This document shows positions 1 to 7,954 of a stretch of 64,000 bases of DNA, in pieces. The notes beneath the pieces were generated by a model. It searched no databases and was not told where the DNA came from. It was given only the letters and a program-made list of their open reading frames with translations. The position numbers were made by a program, and so were the translations under genes. How positions within the stretch are numbered: position 1 is the first letter of the stretch; each line of letters starts with the position of its first letter. Origin of the DNA: a virus; the IMG/VR virus record IMGVR_UViG_3300032268_001078, positions 1-64,000 of that record. The stretch is one strand, 5' to 3'.

Positions 1-96
1 TAGTGGATCAGTTGGTTTTACTTCAACTGGGTTGAGTTTGTTTAATAGTGTTTGTAACTGTGTTACTTCTTCCTGTGTTAAATTTTCTATTTTCAT
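1..96 (-). CDS. hypothetical protein, partial (runs off window start)
   Basis: ATG at 96 (MKIENLTQEEVTQLQTLLNKL...), preceded by AAAAAGTT and the class I promoter at 114-142. Confidence 0.6.
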   Translation of the reverse strand, partial: MKIENLTQEEVTQLQTLLNKLNPVEVKPTDPL

Positions 97-113
97 AACT
101 TTTTCTTATACTT

Positions 114-142
114 ATTACACAAAATCTTTTATAAAAAACCCC
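114..142 (-). promoter_or_regulatory. class I phage promoter (GGGG-N18-GTGTAAT)
   Basis: Matches a motif seen 17 times in 1-29 kb, always upstream of a start codon. Confidence 0.75.
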
Positions 143-143
143 T

Positions 144-278
144 TTAAAGGTCCCAATCATAAATAATTTGTCCATTTTGATTTATTTTAAGTTTTTTATT
201 TGTTTTTAGTTTTATTAAATACTCAATTATGAGTTTTGATTCAACAGAAATTATACATTCTATATTATAAAGTGTCAT
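144..278 (-). CDS. microprotein, 44 aa
   Basis: MTLYNIEC...IIYDWDL*. Confidence 0.6.
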   Translation of the reverse strand: MTLYNIECIISVESKLIIEYLIKLKTNKKLKINQNGQIIYDWDL

Positions 279-394
279 AAATCTAAATATTTCATTAATC
301 GATAATACTTCTCACTATTGAATTCTTTACGTAGTCCAATAATAACACCTACTTCATGTTTCCACAACATAAATTCCATATTAATTGGTTTCAT
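275..394 (-). CDS. YLDL microprotein, 39 aa
   Basis: MKPINMEF...RLMKYLDL*. Confidence 0.7.
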   Translation of the reverse strand: MKPINMEFMLWKHEVGVIIGLRKEFNSEKYYRLMKYLDL

Positions 395-540
395 AAGTCT
401 AATAAATTAATTATTTCATTTACCATTGCATCTGTGTATTTTTTGTTTTTAGCATAATTGAGTTTTACCCATAATGAATAACCCATTGAGTTGTGAGGTA
501 TTACTTGCATCCATCTTGCTTTAATTTCAGTTAACCACAT
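391..540 (-). CDS. YLDL-type microprotein, 49 aa
   Basis: MWLTEIKARW...IINLLDL*. Confidence 0.7.
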   Translation of the reverse strand: MWLTEIKARWMQVIPHNSMGYSLWVKLNYAKNKKYTDAMVNEIINLLDL

Positions 541-706
541 CTAAATCTAAAAACTTAAATAAATCTTCATTTATATTTTTTTCTATTTCATAAAACAAAT
601 CATTGTTATCAACATCCACATATAAAAAATACATTTCTATGTATAGATAATTAGCGTAGTCTTTAACAACATCGTCTATTGTCCATTCAATTACTCTTCT
701 TATCAT
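527..706 (-). CDS. YLDL-type microprotein, 59 aa
   Basis: MIRRVIEW...FKFLDLDVVN*. Confidence 0.7.
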   Translation of the reverse strand: MIRRVIEWTIDDVVKDYANYLYIEMYFLYVDVDNNDLFYEIEKNINEDLFKFLDLDVVN

Positions 707-879
707 ATGTTTAAATCTAAAAAATAATACAAATCTTCACTTTTATTTTTTGAATCTTTATTAAATAATCCACCCGTACTAACATCACCAAACCCATATC
801 TTAAATATACATTCATATAATCATAGTTTGCATAGTCGTGTATACTATCTTTCATACTCCATTTATAATTCCATTTCAT
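703..879 (-). CDS. YLDL-type microprotein, 58 aa
   Basis: MKWNYKWS...YYFLDLNI*. Confidence 0.7.
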   Translation of the reverse strand: MKWNYKWSMKDSIHDYANYDYMNVYLRYGFGDVSTGGLFNKDSKNKSEDLYYFLDLNI

Positions 880-1004
880 AAGTACAAATAATTTACTAAT
901 ACTTTTATTTTATGTTTAATTGGGTAATCAACAAAAAAATCATACATTACATATAACTCATATTTAGATTTAGTCATATCTTCTATTTGTTCTTTAGTCA
1001 TCAT
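876..1004 (-). CDS. YLDL-type microprotein, 42 aa
   Basis: MMTKEQIE...VLVNYLYL*. Confidence 0.7.
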   Translation of the reverse strand: MMTKEQIEDMTKSKYELYVMYDFFVDYPIKHKIKVLVNYLYL

Positions 1005-1141
1005 AAGTACAAATAATTACACATTACAATATTTCTTACTAAATAAATTCCATGATAATAATTATCATTAAAATGGCTATAAATACCTATTGGTGGGTAT
1101 TTTACATAAGCCATATCATATACTTTACTGTATTCCATCAT
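1001..1141 (-). CDS. YLDL-type microprotein, 46 aa
   Basis: MMEYSKVY...VMCNYLYL*. Confidence 0.7.
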   Translation of the reverse strand: MMEYSKVYDMAYVKYPPIGIYSHFNDNYYHGIYLVRNIVMCNYLYL

Positions 1142-1275
1142 AAGTCTAAATAAGTTATTATTATGTTTGTAAATATTCCATGATGTTTTTTGTATTTGTT
1201 TTTATAGTAAATTAAATTACCTATATTATAATCCCATTTACTCATTAAATTTATATTATTCTTTTTATTCATCAT
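1138..1275 (-). CDS. YLDL microprotein, 45 aa
   Basis: MMNKKNNI...IIITYLDL*. Confidence 0.7.
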   Translation of the reverse strand: MMNKKNNINLMSKWDYNIGNLIYYKNKYKKHHGIFTNIIITYLDL

Positions 1276-1421
1276 ATATCTAAATAATCTAATAAATCAT
1301 CAATGTATTGTGGTTTATTTATAATTGTTTTTTTATAACGTATAATATGTTGTATACTATTTATAACATAATGTGTTTTATAATCATAAAGTCTTCTTAA
1401 CATTAAATCTCGATTTGTCAT
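1272..1421 (-). CDS. YLDL-type microprotein, 49 aa
   Basis: MTNRDLML...DLLDYLDI*. Confidence 0.7.
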   Translation of the reverse strand: MTNRDLMLRRLYDYKTHYVINSIQHIIRYKKTIINKPQYIDDLLDYLDI

Positions 1422-1549
1422 AAGTCTAAATAATATACTGTTGAGTATATATAGTCGGTGTAATATTTACGTGTTTTTTGAATGTGAATTAATACACTAC
1501 AATAAAACTCATCATATGCTATATCTTCTATCTGTAATTCATTCATCAT
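1418..1549 (-). CDS. YLDL microprotein, 43 aa
   Basis: MMNELQIE...STVYYLDL*. Confidence 0.7.
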   Translation of the reverse strand: MMNELQIEDIAYDEFYCSVLIHIQKTRKYYTDYIYSTVYYLDL

Positions 1550-1677
1550 AAGTCTAAATAATCTATTAATTCAATATGTTTTAACCGAATATCAAACCAA
1601 TTCATAACATTAATAGTTGTTGTAAAACCATATTTGTGATGTGCCATACTACTTATTTTAAATGGAACAATTTTCAT
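1546..1677 (-). CDS. YLDL microprotein, 43 aa
   Basis: MKIVPFKI...ELIDYLDL*. Confidence 0.7.
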   Translation of the reverse strand: MKIVPFKISSMAHHKYGFTTTINVMNWFDIRLKHIELIDYLDL

Positions 1678-1802
1678 AAGTCTAAATAATTTGAAAAGTA
1701 TGTTTGTATTTCATAATAATTTGGTTCTTTTGATATTTTCAATAATATTTTTACATTATACTCATAACTTGATATAATATATATTGAATATTTTCCTGTC
1801 AT
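1674..1802 (-). CDS. YLDL microprotein, 42 aa
   Basis: MTGKYSIY...YFSNYLDL*. Confidence 0.7.
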   Translation of the reverse strand: MTGKYSIYIISSYEYNVKILLKISKEPNYYEIQTYFSNYLDL

Positions 1803-1960
1803 ATGTCTAAATATACTGATAAATTATGAATAAGCCATTCTACATTTTGACCACCTAAATTAAATGCTTGAGCATGATCAGTATAATGACGATACACACT
1901 ACTTAAAAGTAATGCAGGTCTGTGTCTGTTTGCTATTGATGTTAATTTATTTTCATTCAT
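1799..1960 (-). CDS. YLDL-type microprotein, 53 aa
   Basis: MNENKLTS...NLSVYLDI*. Confidence 0.7.
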   Translation of the reverse strand: MNENKLTSIANRHRPALLLSSVYRHYTDHAQAFNLGGQNVEWLIHNLSVYLDI

Positions 1961-2088
1961 AAGTCTAAATAATCTATTAATCTATAATATGAATAATCAA
2001 ATCCCTCACTAAAATCTCTACACATTCCAGCAATACTATTCATTTTATACTCATATTTTGCCATATCCGATACTGTAATGCGATTCAT
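1957..2088 (-). CDS. YLDL microprotein, 43 aa
   Basis: MNRITVSD...RLIDYLDL*. Confidence 0.7.
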   Translation of the reverse strand: MNRITVSDMAKYEYKMNSIAGMCRDFSEGFDYSYYRLIDYLDL

Positions 2089-2252
2089 TATATGTCTAAA
2101 TATATTATCATATCACTTACAAAATATTTACGACTTTTATTATAAGTGGGATATTCTTTGTCTTGAAAAGAACTAAATACTTTGTTTATTACAAACACAC
2201 TGTGTTTGTGTGTACCAATGTATTCTATTCTTTCAATTATATTAAATTTCAT
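2088..2252 (-). CDS. YLDL-type microprotein, 54 aa
   Basis: MKFNIIER...MIIYLDI*. Confidence 0.7.
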   Translation of the reverse strand: MKFNIIERIEYIGTHKHSVFVINKVFSSFQDKEYPTYNKSRKYFVSDMIIYLDI

Positions 2253-2359
2253 ATATCAAACCACTCACCTAAACTATTTCTATTAAAATACTTAAATTTC
2301 AAAAAACCATGTGATATATACTCCATGTTTTTGTATGTTGCTATTTGAAACCAACTCAT
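2249..2359 (-). CDS. microprotein, 36 aa
   Basis: MSWFQIAT...GEWFDI*; TAATG overlap with the upstream gene. Confidence 0.6.
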   Translation of the reverse strand: MSWFQIATYKNMEYISHGFLKFKYFNRNSLGEWFDI

Positions 2360-2616
2360 TACAATCTATTTGCAATAGTTTTGATAAATTCTTCTTCAGC
2401 TGGTGTTAGTTGAATTCTATTTGAATGAAGTTTATCAATTGCTTTGTCCCATTCTAAGTCCATTAAGTTTTTACTGCGTTCATTAATAGATGAAGCACGT
2501 AAATAATCATTATAATTTAACCATTTAATAACTTCTTCGATTTCATAATCATTACATTCCTCTAGAAAATCATCTACATCAACGTCTACGTCTGTGTCTA
2601 TGTATACTCTTGCCAT
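2359..2616 (-). CDS. hypothetical phage protein
   Basis: 85 aa ORF in track, coupled to its neighbours. Confidence 0.75.
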   Translation of the reverse strand: MARVYIDTDVDVDVDDFLEECNDYEIEEVIKWLNYNDYLRASSINERSKNLMDLEWDKAIDKLHSNRIQLTPAEEEFIKTIANRL

Positions 2617-2617
2617 A

Positions 2618-2743
2618 TTATTTAAATATAAAATTTGCTAATCCAAATATAACTCTTAAAATTACTACTGCGGCTACTAATGCTGTGATTCCAATTCCTA
2701 AACCAACAGCGATTATGTATAAAACTTTATTTAACTTTTCCAT
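2618..2743 (-). CDS. small membrane protein, 41 aa
   Basis: MEKLNKVLYIIAVGLGIGITALVAAVVIL..., one hydrophobic helix. Confidence 0.6.
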   Translation of the reverse strand: MEKLNKVLYIIAVGLGIGITALVAAVVILRVIFGLANFIFK

Positions 2744-2744
2744 A

Positions 2745-2855
2745 TTATTTACTTAAATCTATTAAATTATATTTAACTAAAATACTTACTACTAATACTA
2801 TAATACATAATACTATAATACCTAAACCATAACTTGAATTTATTACTTTTTTCAT
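2745..2855 (-). CDS. small membrane protein, 36 aa
   Basis: MKKVINSSYGLGIIVLCIIVLVSILV...; first gene after the promoter at 2875-2903. Confidence 0.55.
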   Translation of the reverse strand: MKKVINSSYGLGIIVLCIIVLVVSILVKYNLIDLSK

Positions 2856-2874
2856 ATTTTTATCTTTTATAATT

Positions 2875-2903
2875 ATTACACAAAAACTTTTATTAAATCC
2901 CCC
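2875..2903 (-). promoter_or_regulatory. class I phage promoter
   Basis: GGGGG-N17-GTGTAAT overlapping the sigma gene stop; drives array A. Confidence 0.75.
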
Positions 2904-3411
2904 TTAATAAGAGTTGTTTTTTTAAAAATTTTCTTGCTTTAGCTAATTGTGAACGCGATGTTCCTTCAGTTATATTTAACTCTTTACTAATTAATTTATG
3001 TGATTTTCCTTCAAATACATATGAAGTAAATACTGTTTTATATCCACTAGGTAGTTTTTCTATTTCATTAACAATGTCTTGAAATTCAAGATTATTAAAT
3101 CCGTAGTCGACACATCCAAATATATCTCTATAATCAGTTATGTCGACTTCCGAATTTGATTTGTTGGTTCGAATTTTATTTATGCTATAATTTTTAACTA
3201 TAGAATATAAGTATGAATGAATACTATTATTTGTAATATTAGAACAATTGTTAAATAAAGACATAAACGATTCAACCAACACATCTTCTGTATCTTCAAT
3301 GTTTTTGGTATATCTAATACTCAACTTATACATTGATTCGTAGTAGGTTTTATATACTTGAGCTTGTGCTCGCGAATCGTTTTTAATTAAGTCTTTAATT
3401 AGTTGTTCCAT
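2893..3411 (-). CDS. ECF-type sigma-70 factor (Bacteroidota-like)
   Basis: Region 2 (AQAQVY...EDTEDVLVESF) and region 4 (KLPSGYKTVF...EGKSHKLISKELNITEGTSRSQLAKARK). Confidence 0.9.
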   Translation of the reverse strand: MEQLIKDLIKNDSRAQAQVYKTYYESMYKLSIRYTKNIEDTEDVLVESFMSLFNNCSNITNNSIHSYLYSIVKNYSINKIRTNKSNSEVDITDYRDIFGCVDYGFNNLEFQDIVNEIEKLPSGYKTVFTSYVFEGKSHKLISKELNITEGTSRSQLAKARKFLKKQLLLRGI

Positions 3412-3413
3412 AG

Positions 3414-3671
3414 TTAAAATGTGTGTGTTATTCCTATAGTTTTAACTGTTTGTACAGTATCAACATTTACTGATCTAAATTGACGTTTTTTCATATCATA
3501 AACAGTAATGAGTCCTTTTTCAGCAGCATCATATGGTAAACCTACTCCTGTTACACCTTTTTTAACACCACGTCTAGCATTCATTACTCTAACTGTTCCA
3601 TCTTTTTTAGTAAATGTAACTGTGAAGATTTTATTCCCCATTGCTTTAATAATTTTTTCTCTTTTATTCAT
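3414..3671 (-). CDS. WYL_2/Sm-like SH3-barrel phage protein
   Basis: FTVTFTKKDGTVRVMNAR...VYDM....FRS pattern. Confidence 0.55.
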   Translation of the reverse strand: MNKREKIIKAMGNKIFTVTFTKKDGTVRVMNARRGVKKGVTGVGLPYDAAEKGLITVYDMKKRQFRSVNVDTVQTVKTIGITHTF

Positions 3672-3840
3672 TGTTGTCTATTTTTATAGTGTATTTTACT
3701 TTAATGTCACCACCAAACAATAAATTCATTATGTCATCAAATGTTATGAGTTTTTGTTTTGGTGTAGATATTGGCCCAACAAACAATTCAGTTGATTGTT
3801 GAGGTTGTGTTTCGCCTGTTACTCTGTGAGGTTGTTCCAT
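3664..3840 (-). CDS. hypothetical protein, 58 aa
   Basis: Manual translation, MEQPHRVT... Confidence 0.5.
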   Translation of the reverse strand: MEQPHRVTGETQPQQSTELFVGPISTPKQKLITFDDIMNLLFGGDIKVKYTIKIDNNE

Positions 3841-3841
3841 A

Positions 3842-3973
3842 TTAATCAGTTGTTGTAAATTTATTTAGTGAAGAATTATCCCAGTTATTAGATAATTCTA
3901 TCATTTCTTCATATTCACTAGCACTTACCCAAGTACTGTGGAAGTCATTCCAAACATAATCATCATAAATCAT
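3842..3973 (-). CDS. hypothetical protein, 43 aa
   Basis: Manual translation, MIYDDYVWNDF... Confidence 0.5.
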   Translation of the reverse strand: MIYDDYVWNDFHSTWVSASEYEEMIELSNNWDNSSLNKFTTTD

Positions 3974-4100
3974 TGTTTTTGTCCTTTCTATTATATATTT
4001 TTTTACTTGGTTTTACTTTTTGCAACATATTTCTTCGAATGAGTTGTCTTAAATGACGTTGTTCTTTACTTTGTCTATTCTTTTTAATCTCACTTTTCAT
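3963..4100 (-). CDS. small basic protein, 45 aa (weakly ArfA-like)
   Basis: MKSEIKKNRQSKEQRHLRQLIRRNMLQKVKPSKKIYNRKDKNNDL*; directly after a class I promoter. Confidence 0.55.
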   Translation of the reverse strand: MKSEIKKNRQSKEQRHLRQLIRRNMLQKVKPSKKIYNRKDKNNDL

Positions 4101-4104
4101 ACTT

Positions 4105-4133
4105 ATTACACAAAATAATTTTTAAAATCCCCC
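4105..4133 (-). promoter_or_regulatory. class I phage promoter
   Basis: GGGGG-N17-GTGTAAT. Confidence 0.75.
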
Positions 4134-4137
4134 TTTA

Positions 4138-4326
4138 TTAGAAATTATAAAAATACAAAAACGCAATTATACCACCAATAAGCTGAATGACAACAACATT
4201 AACATCACTACTCCATATTGATTTAGATTCTCTTGTGCTAACTTTATAGCGTTTCTGACCTGTAATTGTAGGTACTTCATACCATTCAATGTCTCTTTGT
4301 TTCCACTTTGTATTCTTATTTGTCAT
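4138..4326 (-). CDS. hypothetical protein with C-terminal TM helix
   Basis: 62 aa ORF, VVVIQLIGGIIAFLYF. Confidence 0.55.
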   Translation of the reverse strand: MTNKNTKWKQRDIEWYEVPTITGQKRYKVSTRESKSIWSSDVNVVVIQLIGGIIAFLYFYNF

Positions 4327-4328
4327 AT

Positions 4329-5081
4329 TTACTGTTTCATAATCTCAATTGCTTTAACTTTTATTGTTCTAACAGACTCTTTAGACATTTTCATTTTTTC
4401 TGCTACTTCTTTTAGTTCTAATTGTTCACAGTCCAACCCAAATAACATATTGACTACTTTCATTTGTTTTTCATCTAATTTAGATGTAAGTCGTTTCATT
4501 ATTAGTTTTTGTTCAAGTTGGTCTTCAGGACTGTCTGCATTTGAATTTTTAACTATATCAATCAACATTCCATCATCACCTATTTTATCATATAAATCAT
4601 ATGTTGATGGTAAACTAGCATACTCATCATCTATATCTATATTTTTTTCATTTTGTAATTTTATTTGTCTGTGTAATTCTTTAGACACATTTTCAGGTAA
4701 TCGAATTAATCTTGAATTAGTGTAAATATTACTGTATAATTCAGCCATCACAAGCCATTTAGCATGTGTTATAAATTTAATATCACGTGTAAAATCAAAT
4801 GAATTCATTGCTTTTACTAGTCCTAAATTACCACTTGAAATCAAGTCTTCTAATTCAATTCCTAATCCAACAAATTTATGTGCTTGTTGAATTACATATC
4901 GTAAGTGACCTTCAATCAATTCATTTTTTAATTTTAATTTTTCACTTTCACTTACATTAGGATCTAATATTAATTTTTTAATTTGATTTTCACGTTTTAA
5001 ATCTACAATTGATGTTTCTCTTACATCTCGTGAATAATTTTGATAACTTTTACTTGTACTAAATATTTTCTTTCCTGCCAT
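4329..5081 (-). CDS. RpoD/RpoS-family sigma-70 factor
   Basis: LIEGHLRYVI, DLISSGNLGLVKAM..FD....KFITHAKW, LIRLP, and a region 4 HTH (LKEVAEKMKMSKESVRTIK). Confidence 0.9.
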   Translation of the reverse strand: MAGKKIFSTSKSYQNYSRDVRETSIVDLKRENQIKKLILDPNVSESEKLKLKNELIEGHLRYVIQQAHKFVGLGIELEDLISSGNLGLVKAMNSFDFTRDIKFITHAKWLVMAELYSNIYTNSRLIRLPENVSKELHRQIKLQNEKNIDIDDEYASLPSTYDLYDKIGDDGMLIDIVKNSNADSPEDQLEQKLIMKRLTSKLDEKQMKVVNMLFGLDCEQLELKEVAEKMKMSKESVRTIKVKAIEIMKQ

Positions 5082-5168
5082 ACTTGTTCGCTTGATTCGC
5101 CTACGAAAGCCGAGTTAAAACCCGGCTGACGTAAGATAAAAAATAAAAATTAAAACAAAAGCATTTCA

Positions 5169-5215
5169 ACACCTAAAGCCCGTAACTTGTTAGTTACGAG
5201 CTGTTGTTTAGGTGT
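5169..5215 (-). terminator. long stem-loop downstream of the MoxR gene
   Basis: ACACCTAAA/TTTAGGTGT outer stem and 10-bp inner stem. Confidence 0.5.
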
Positions 5216-5224
5216 AAATTTAAC

Positions 5225-6397
5225 TTATTTCAAAATATATGTAGCTAAATCTTTGTCTAACAACATCATTTGATATTTCTTTTGGTCTGCATTGTAAATG
5301 CCTTTAACCATATTAAAACAAATATCTGTAGTGAATATGTCTGATTTTACTACTGCTTTGATTCGTTCAATTATTGACTTTTCTACTTTATTTTCTTTAG
5401 AGTATTTGTCTAAGTAGTTAACAAAACGTGTACTAATAGTACTTGCGATATCAGCTCTGTATTTTTCTTTAGTTCCAATTATTTCCTTCAATGTTTTAAG
5501 TACATACTCTTCATTTGATTCAATAATTGATTGTGGTGAAATAATTTTGTCTAATTTGTTATTAATAAACATTGTAAACATACTACTAAATTCACTACCA
5601 ACACTACCTTCACCAATCATTTGGATCAATGGCAAACTATCTTCAAACGATTTAATTGAACTGATTGAATTAAAGAACATAACTGCACTACGACTATTTA
5701 CTTCTTTATTAATTAGTTCTGGATTCATCAACATAAAGTTAATACAACGACCATCAATATTACTATTCTCAGCCCATTTAGACCAGCAATCCATATCGAA
5801 TTTTAATTGTACACTAATGAAACGTGTTTTCTGTGCATTATCAATAGTATTAACTAAATAATCACCATTATCCGGGTTAGCAGTTAATATGATATGCCAA
5901 TCTTTAGGTAATGTCCAACTGATATACTGTTGTCTATCAATTAATTCCATTACAGCTTGAATAAATCTTGTATCAGCTCTGTTCCAGTCATCTAATAACA
6001 AAATTCCGCCTTGTTCTTTGTTTGCAATCCACTCAGGTGGGCAATAACTCATTCGGTTCAATCCAGTTGTTTTAAAACCTTCAGTTCTAGTGTCTTCTAA
6101 TGCTGACTCATCAACATACTTTGTTGTTGTTCCATCAGTAACTTCGAATTGACGAATTGGAAAACCAACTAAATCACCAATTTCTTCAATTTGAGCTAAG
6201 TTCAACTTAACAAAGTTCAAACCTAATTCATCAGCTAACTGAATGATACTTGACGTTTTACCAATTCCCGATTCACCAATTACTTCAATTGATACAGGAC
6301 CTTTACCGTTGTCTTGTAAGTGACGGTTGTTTGAGATTATATGTCCCAAAAACTCTTTTAACTCACTCTGATTGATCGATACTAATTCTTTTTTCAT
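5225..6397 (-). CDS. MoxR-like AAA+ ATPase
   Basis: Walker A GESGIGKT, Walker B LLLDDWNRAD, TANP sensor, AQKTRF. Confidence 0.85.
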   Translation of the reverse strand: MKKELVSINQSELKEFLGHIISNNRHLQDNGKGPVSIEVIGESGIGKTSSIIQLADELGLNFVKLNLAQIEEIGDLVGFPIRQFEVTDGTTTKYVDESALEDTRTEGFKTTGLNRMSYCPPEWIANKEQGGILLLDDWNRADTRFIQAVMELIDRQQYISWTLPKDWHIILTANPDNGDYLVNTIDNAQKTRFISVQLKFDMDCWSKWAENSNIDGRCINFMLMNPELINKEVNSRSAVMFFNSISSIKSFEDSLPLIQMIGEGSVGSEFSSMFTMFINNKLDKIISPQSIIESNEEYVLKTLKEIIGTKEKYRADIASTISTRFVNYLDKYSKENKVEKSIIERIKAVVKSDIFTTDICFNMVKGIYNADQKKYQMMLLDKDLATYILK

Positions 6398-6436
6398 AAC
6401 TTTTATTTTTTCTTAAATGTTTTTTTAATATATTGT

Positions 6437-6465
6437 ATTACACAAAATTTTTTATAAAATCCCCC
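6437..6465 (-). promoter_or_regulatory. class I phage promoter
   Basis: GGGGG-N17-GTGTAAT. Confidence 0.75.
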
Positions 6466-6481
6466 TTTAAAAGGAAAAATT

Positions 6482-7096
6482 TTAAAAAATTTTATTTGAT
6501 TTTTTTATATTTTCTAAATGCCACATTGGTTGGAGATTAGTGTAATTATTTAATAAATACACATCTTCTTCTGTTTTAGCAGAACTAATAGGTATGATAT
6601 GGTCAATACTCCAACACCCAGGTTTATTACCATAATTATCCCAATTCATACCTTTAGTAAATTGAGATTCAATGTGTTTTCTTAATTCATCCCAACTACC
6701 TAACCCAACAATATTTAATGTTGCTTTACTTTTATTTGTTCCAATTTGCTTTAAACGTTCATTTATTCTACTTCTAATAGAATGATGTAACTTTACTTTA
6801 TTATCTTGTCTTCTTTTTTTCTGATGAAGTTTTGCTATTTCATTTATTTTATCTTGATTATCAATTCTATATTGTTTTTGATAATCATCATGTTTTTCTT
6901 TATTATTAGAAACCCAGTTAGATATACATTTATTAACTTTATCTCTATTATTTTCAGCCCATGATTTATCTTTTTTTGCTTTACAAGATTTACAATAAGA
7001 ATTCAATCCATCCTTTTTATGTTTATCTTTATTAAATTCAGCAATTGATTTTGTCTGTTTACATTTAATACAGACTTTAGTCATATTTATACCCAT
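6482..7096 (-). CDS. free-standing HNH endonuclease (putative homing endonuclease)
   Basis: N-terminal CxxC..CxxC; WSIDHIIP...NYTNLQPMW..EN..KSN; paralog of 49492-50058. Confidence 0.8.
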   Translation of the reverse strand: MGINMTKVCIKCKQTKSIAEFNKDKHKKDGLNSYCKSCKAKKDKSWAENNRDKVNKCISNWVSNNKEKHDDYQKQYRIDNQDKINEIAKLHQKKRRQDNKVKLHHSIRSRINERLKQIGTNKSKATLNIVGLGSWDELRKHIESQFTKGMNWDNYGNKPGCWSIDHIIPISSAKTEEDVYLLNNYTNLQPMWHLENIKKSNKIF

Positions 7097-7159
7097 AATA
7101 TTATTATTTTCGTCGATAATAAATATTATTTAGAGCGTCTTTATGACGCTCTTTTTCTA

Positions 7160-7267
7160 TCATTTATTATCTCTGTGGTACTTCACTTTTACCTTATCGC
7201 ATTTAGTGCAATAAACAATAGACCTTTCTCCATCGTAGTCGAATGTTTCCCAATTGTGTTTACACAT
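7160..7267 (-). CDS. small Cys/His protein, 35 aa
   Basis: MCKHNWETFDYDGERSIVYCTKCDKVKVKYHRDNK*. Confidence 0.55.
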   Translation of the reverse strand: MCKHNWETFDYDGERSIVYCTKCDKVKVKYHRDNK

Positions 7268-7793
7268 CTCCGTTATTTTTTTCTAAATTTATCAAAATAT
7301 TATTTAGGGTATTTTCATCTCCATTTTTATATGTGATTTCATCAAAATAATCCATATGTGCTTCAAAATTTTCCCATTGTATAAGTCTAGACATACCTCC
7401 ATCAAGAATTTTAGTTTCTACATTTTTTAAAATGTAACCATTCCCTAATTCATTTACTTCCCCTTTGTTTTTAACTAGGTTAAATACATCCATAAATTTT
7501 TTATAAGATGTAGTTTGGGTTGGTGATTCTTCATTTGTTAATTTAGAATTAGTAGTTACTTTGTTTTCTACTAAGTACTTTTTTAAATTAAAATTATCCA
7601 TGTTAATAAATATTCCTTTACTTTGTTTATTGTTGCTCATTTGCTTCTCCTCTATTTCTAATAAGATCTCTGCAAGTTCAATAGATGTTTCAAGTGTAGC
7701 TACAGATTCATACATTTCAGCCTTTTGATAAACATCTCGTTTGTATAATAAATGATTATACATTTGCCTCATTGCCGTTTGTTGTTTATTCAT
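7260..7793 (-). CDS. hypothetical protein, probable in-frame fusion with an internal start at 7601
   Basis: ATATTTAT motif at 7606-7613 precedes the internal Met (MDNFNLKKYLVENK). Confidence 0.6.
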   Translation of the reverse strand: MNKQQTAMRQMYNHLLYKRDVYQKAEMYESVATLETSIELAEILLEIEEKQMSNNKQSKGIFINMDNFNLKKYLVENKVTTNSKLTNEESPTQTTSYKKFMDVFNLVKNKGEVNELGNGYILKNVETKILDGGMSRLIQWENFEAHMDYFDEITYKNGDENTLNNILINLEKNNGDV

Positions 7794-7954
7794 TTGTTAA
7801 CTCCGTTTAATTTTATTAAATTTTCTGTTATTTCCTTCAATAAATTAATTATATAATCTTTATTAAAATAAATTAAACTATTGTTTGTGTCCGTTCTTGG
7901 AGCATCATCCTCAACAATAAATTCAGTTTCTTTATGTTTTACTCTTATTTTCAT
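7790..7954 (-). CDS. hypothetical protein, 54 aa
   Basis: MKIRVKHKET...LNGVNK*; ATGA overlaps at both ends. Confidence 0.6.
   Translation of the reverse strand: MKIRVKHKETEFIVEDDAPRTDTNNSLIYFNKDYIINLLKEITENLIKLNGVNK

Larger units (their letters stand above)
144..2359 (-). other. array A: 16 tandem, translationally coupled microprotein ORFs ending in a (Y/F/L)LD(L/I) motif
   Basis: Manual translation; junction consensus ATTATTTAGACTTATGA with stop/start overlap, period about 116-176 nt. Confidence 0.85.

Noticed and set aside
275-2102. CRISPR array interpretation of the regularly spaced 17-mer
   Set aside because: The repeats are short, degenerate and non-palindromic, the intervening segments are 100-160 nt open reading frames, and there are no cas genes
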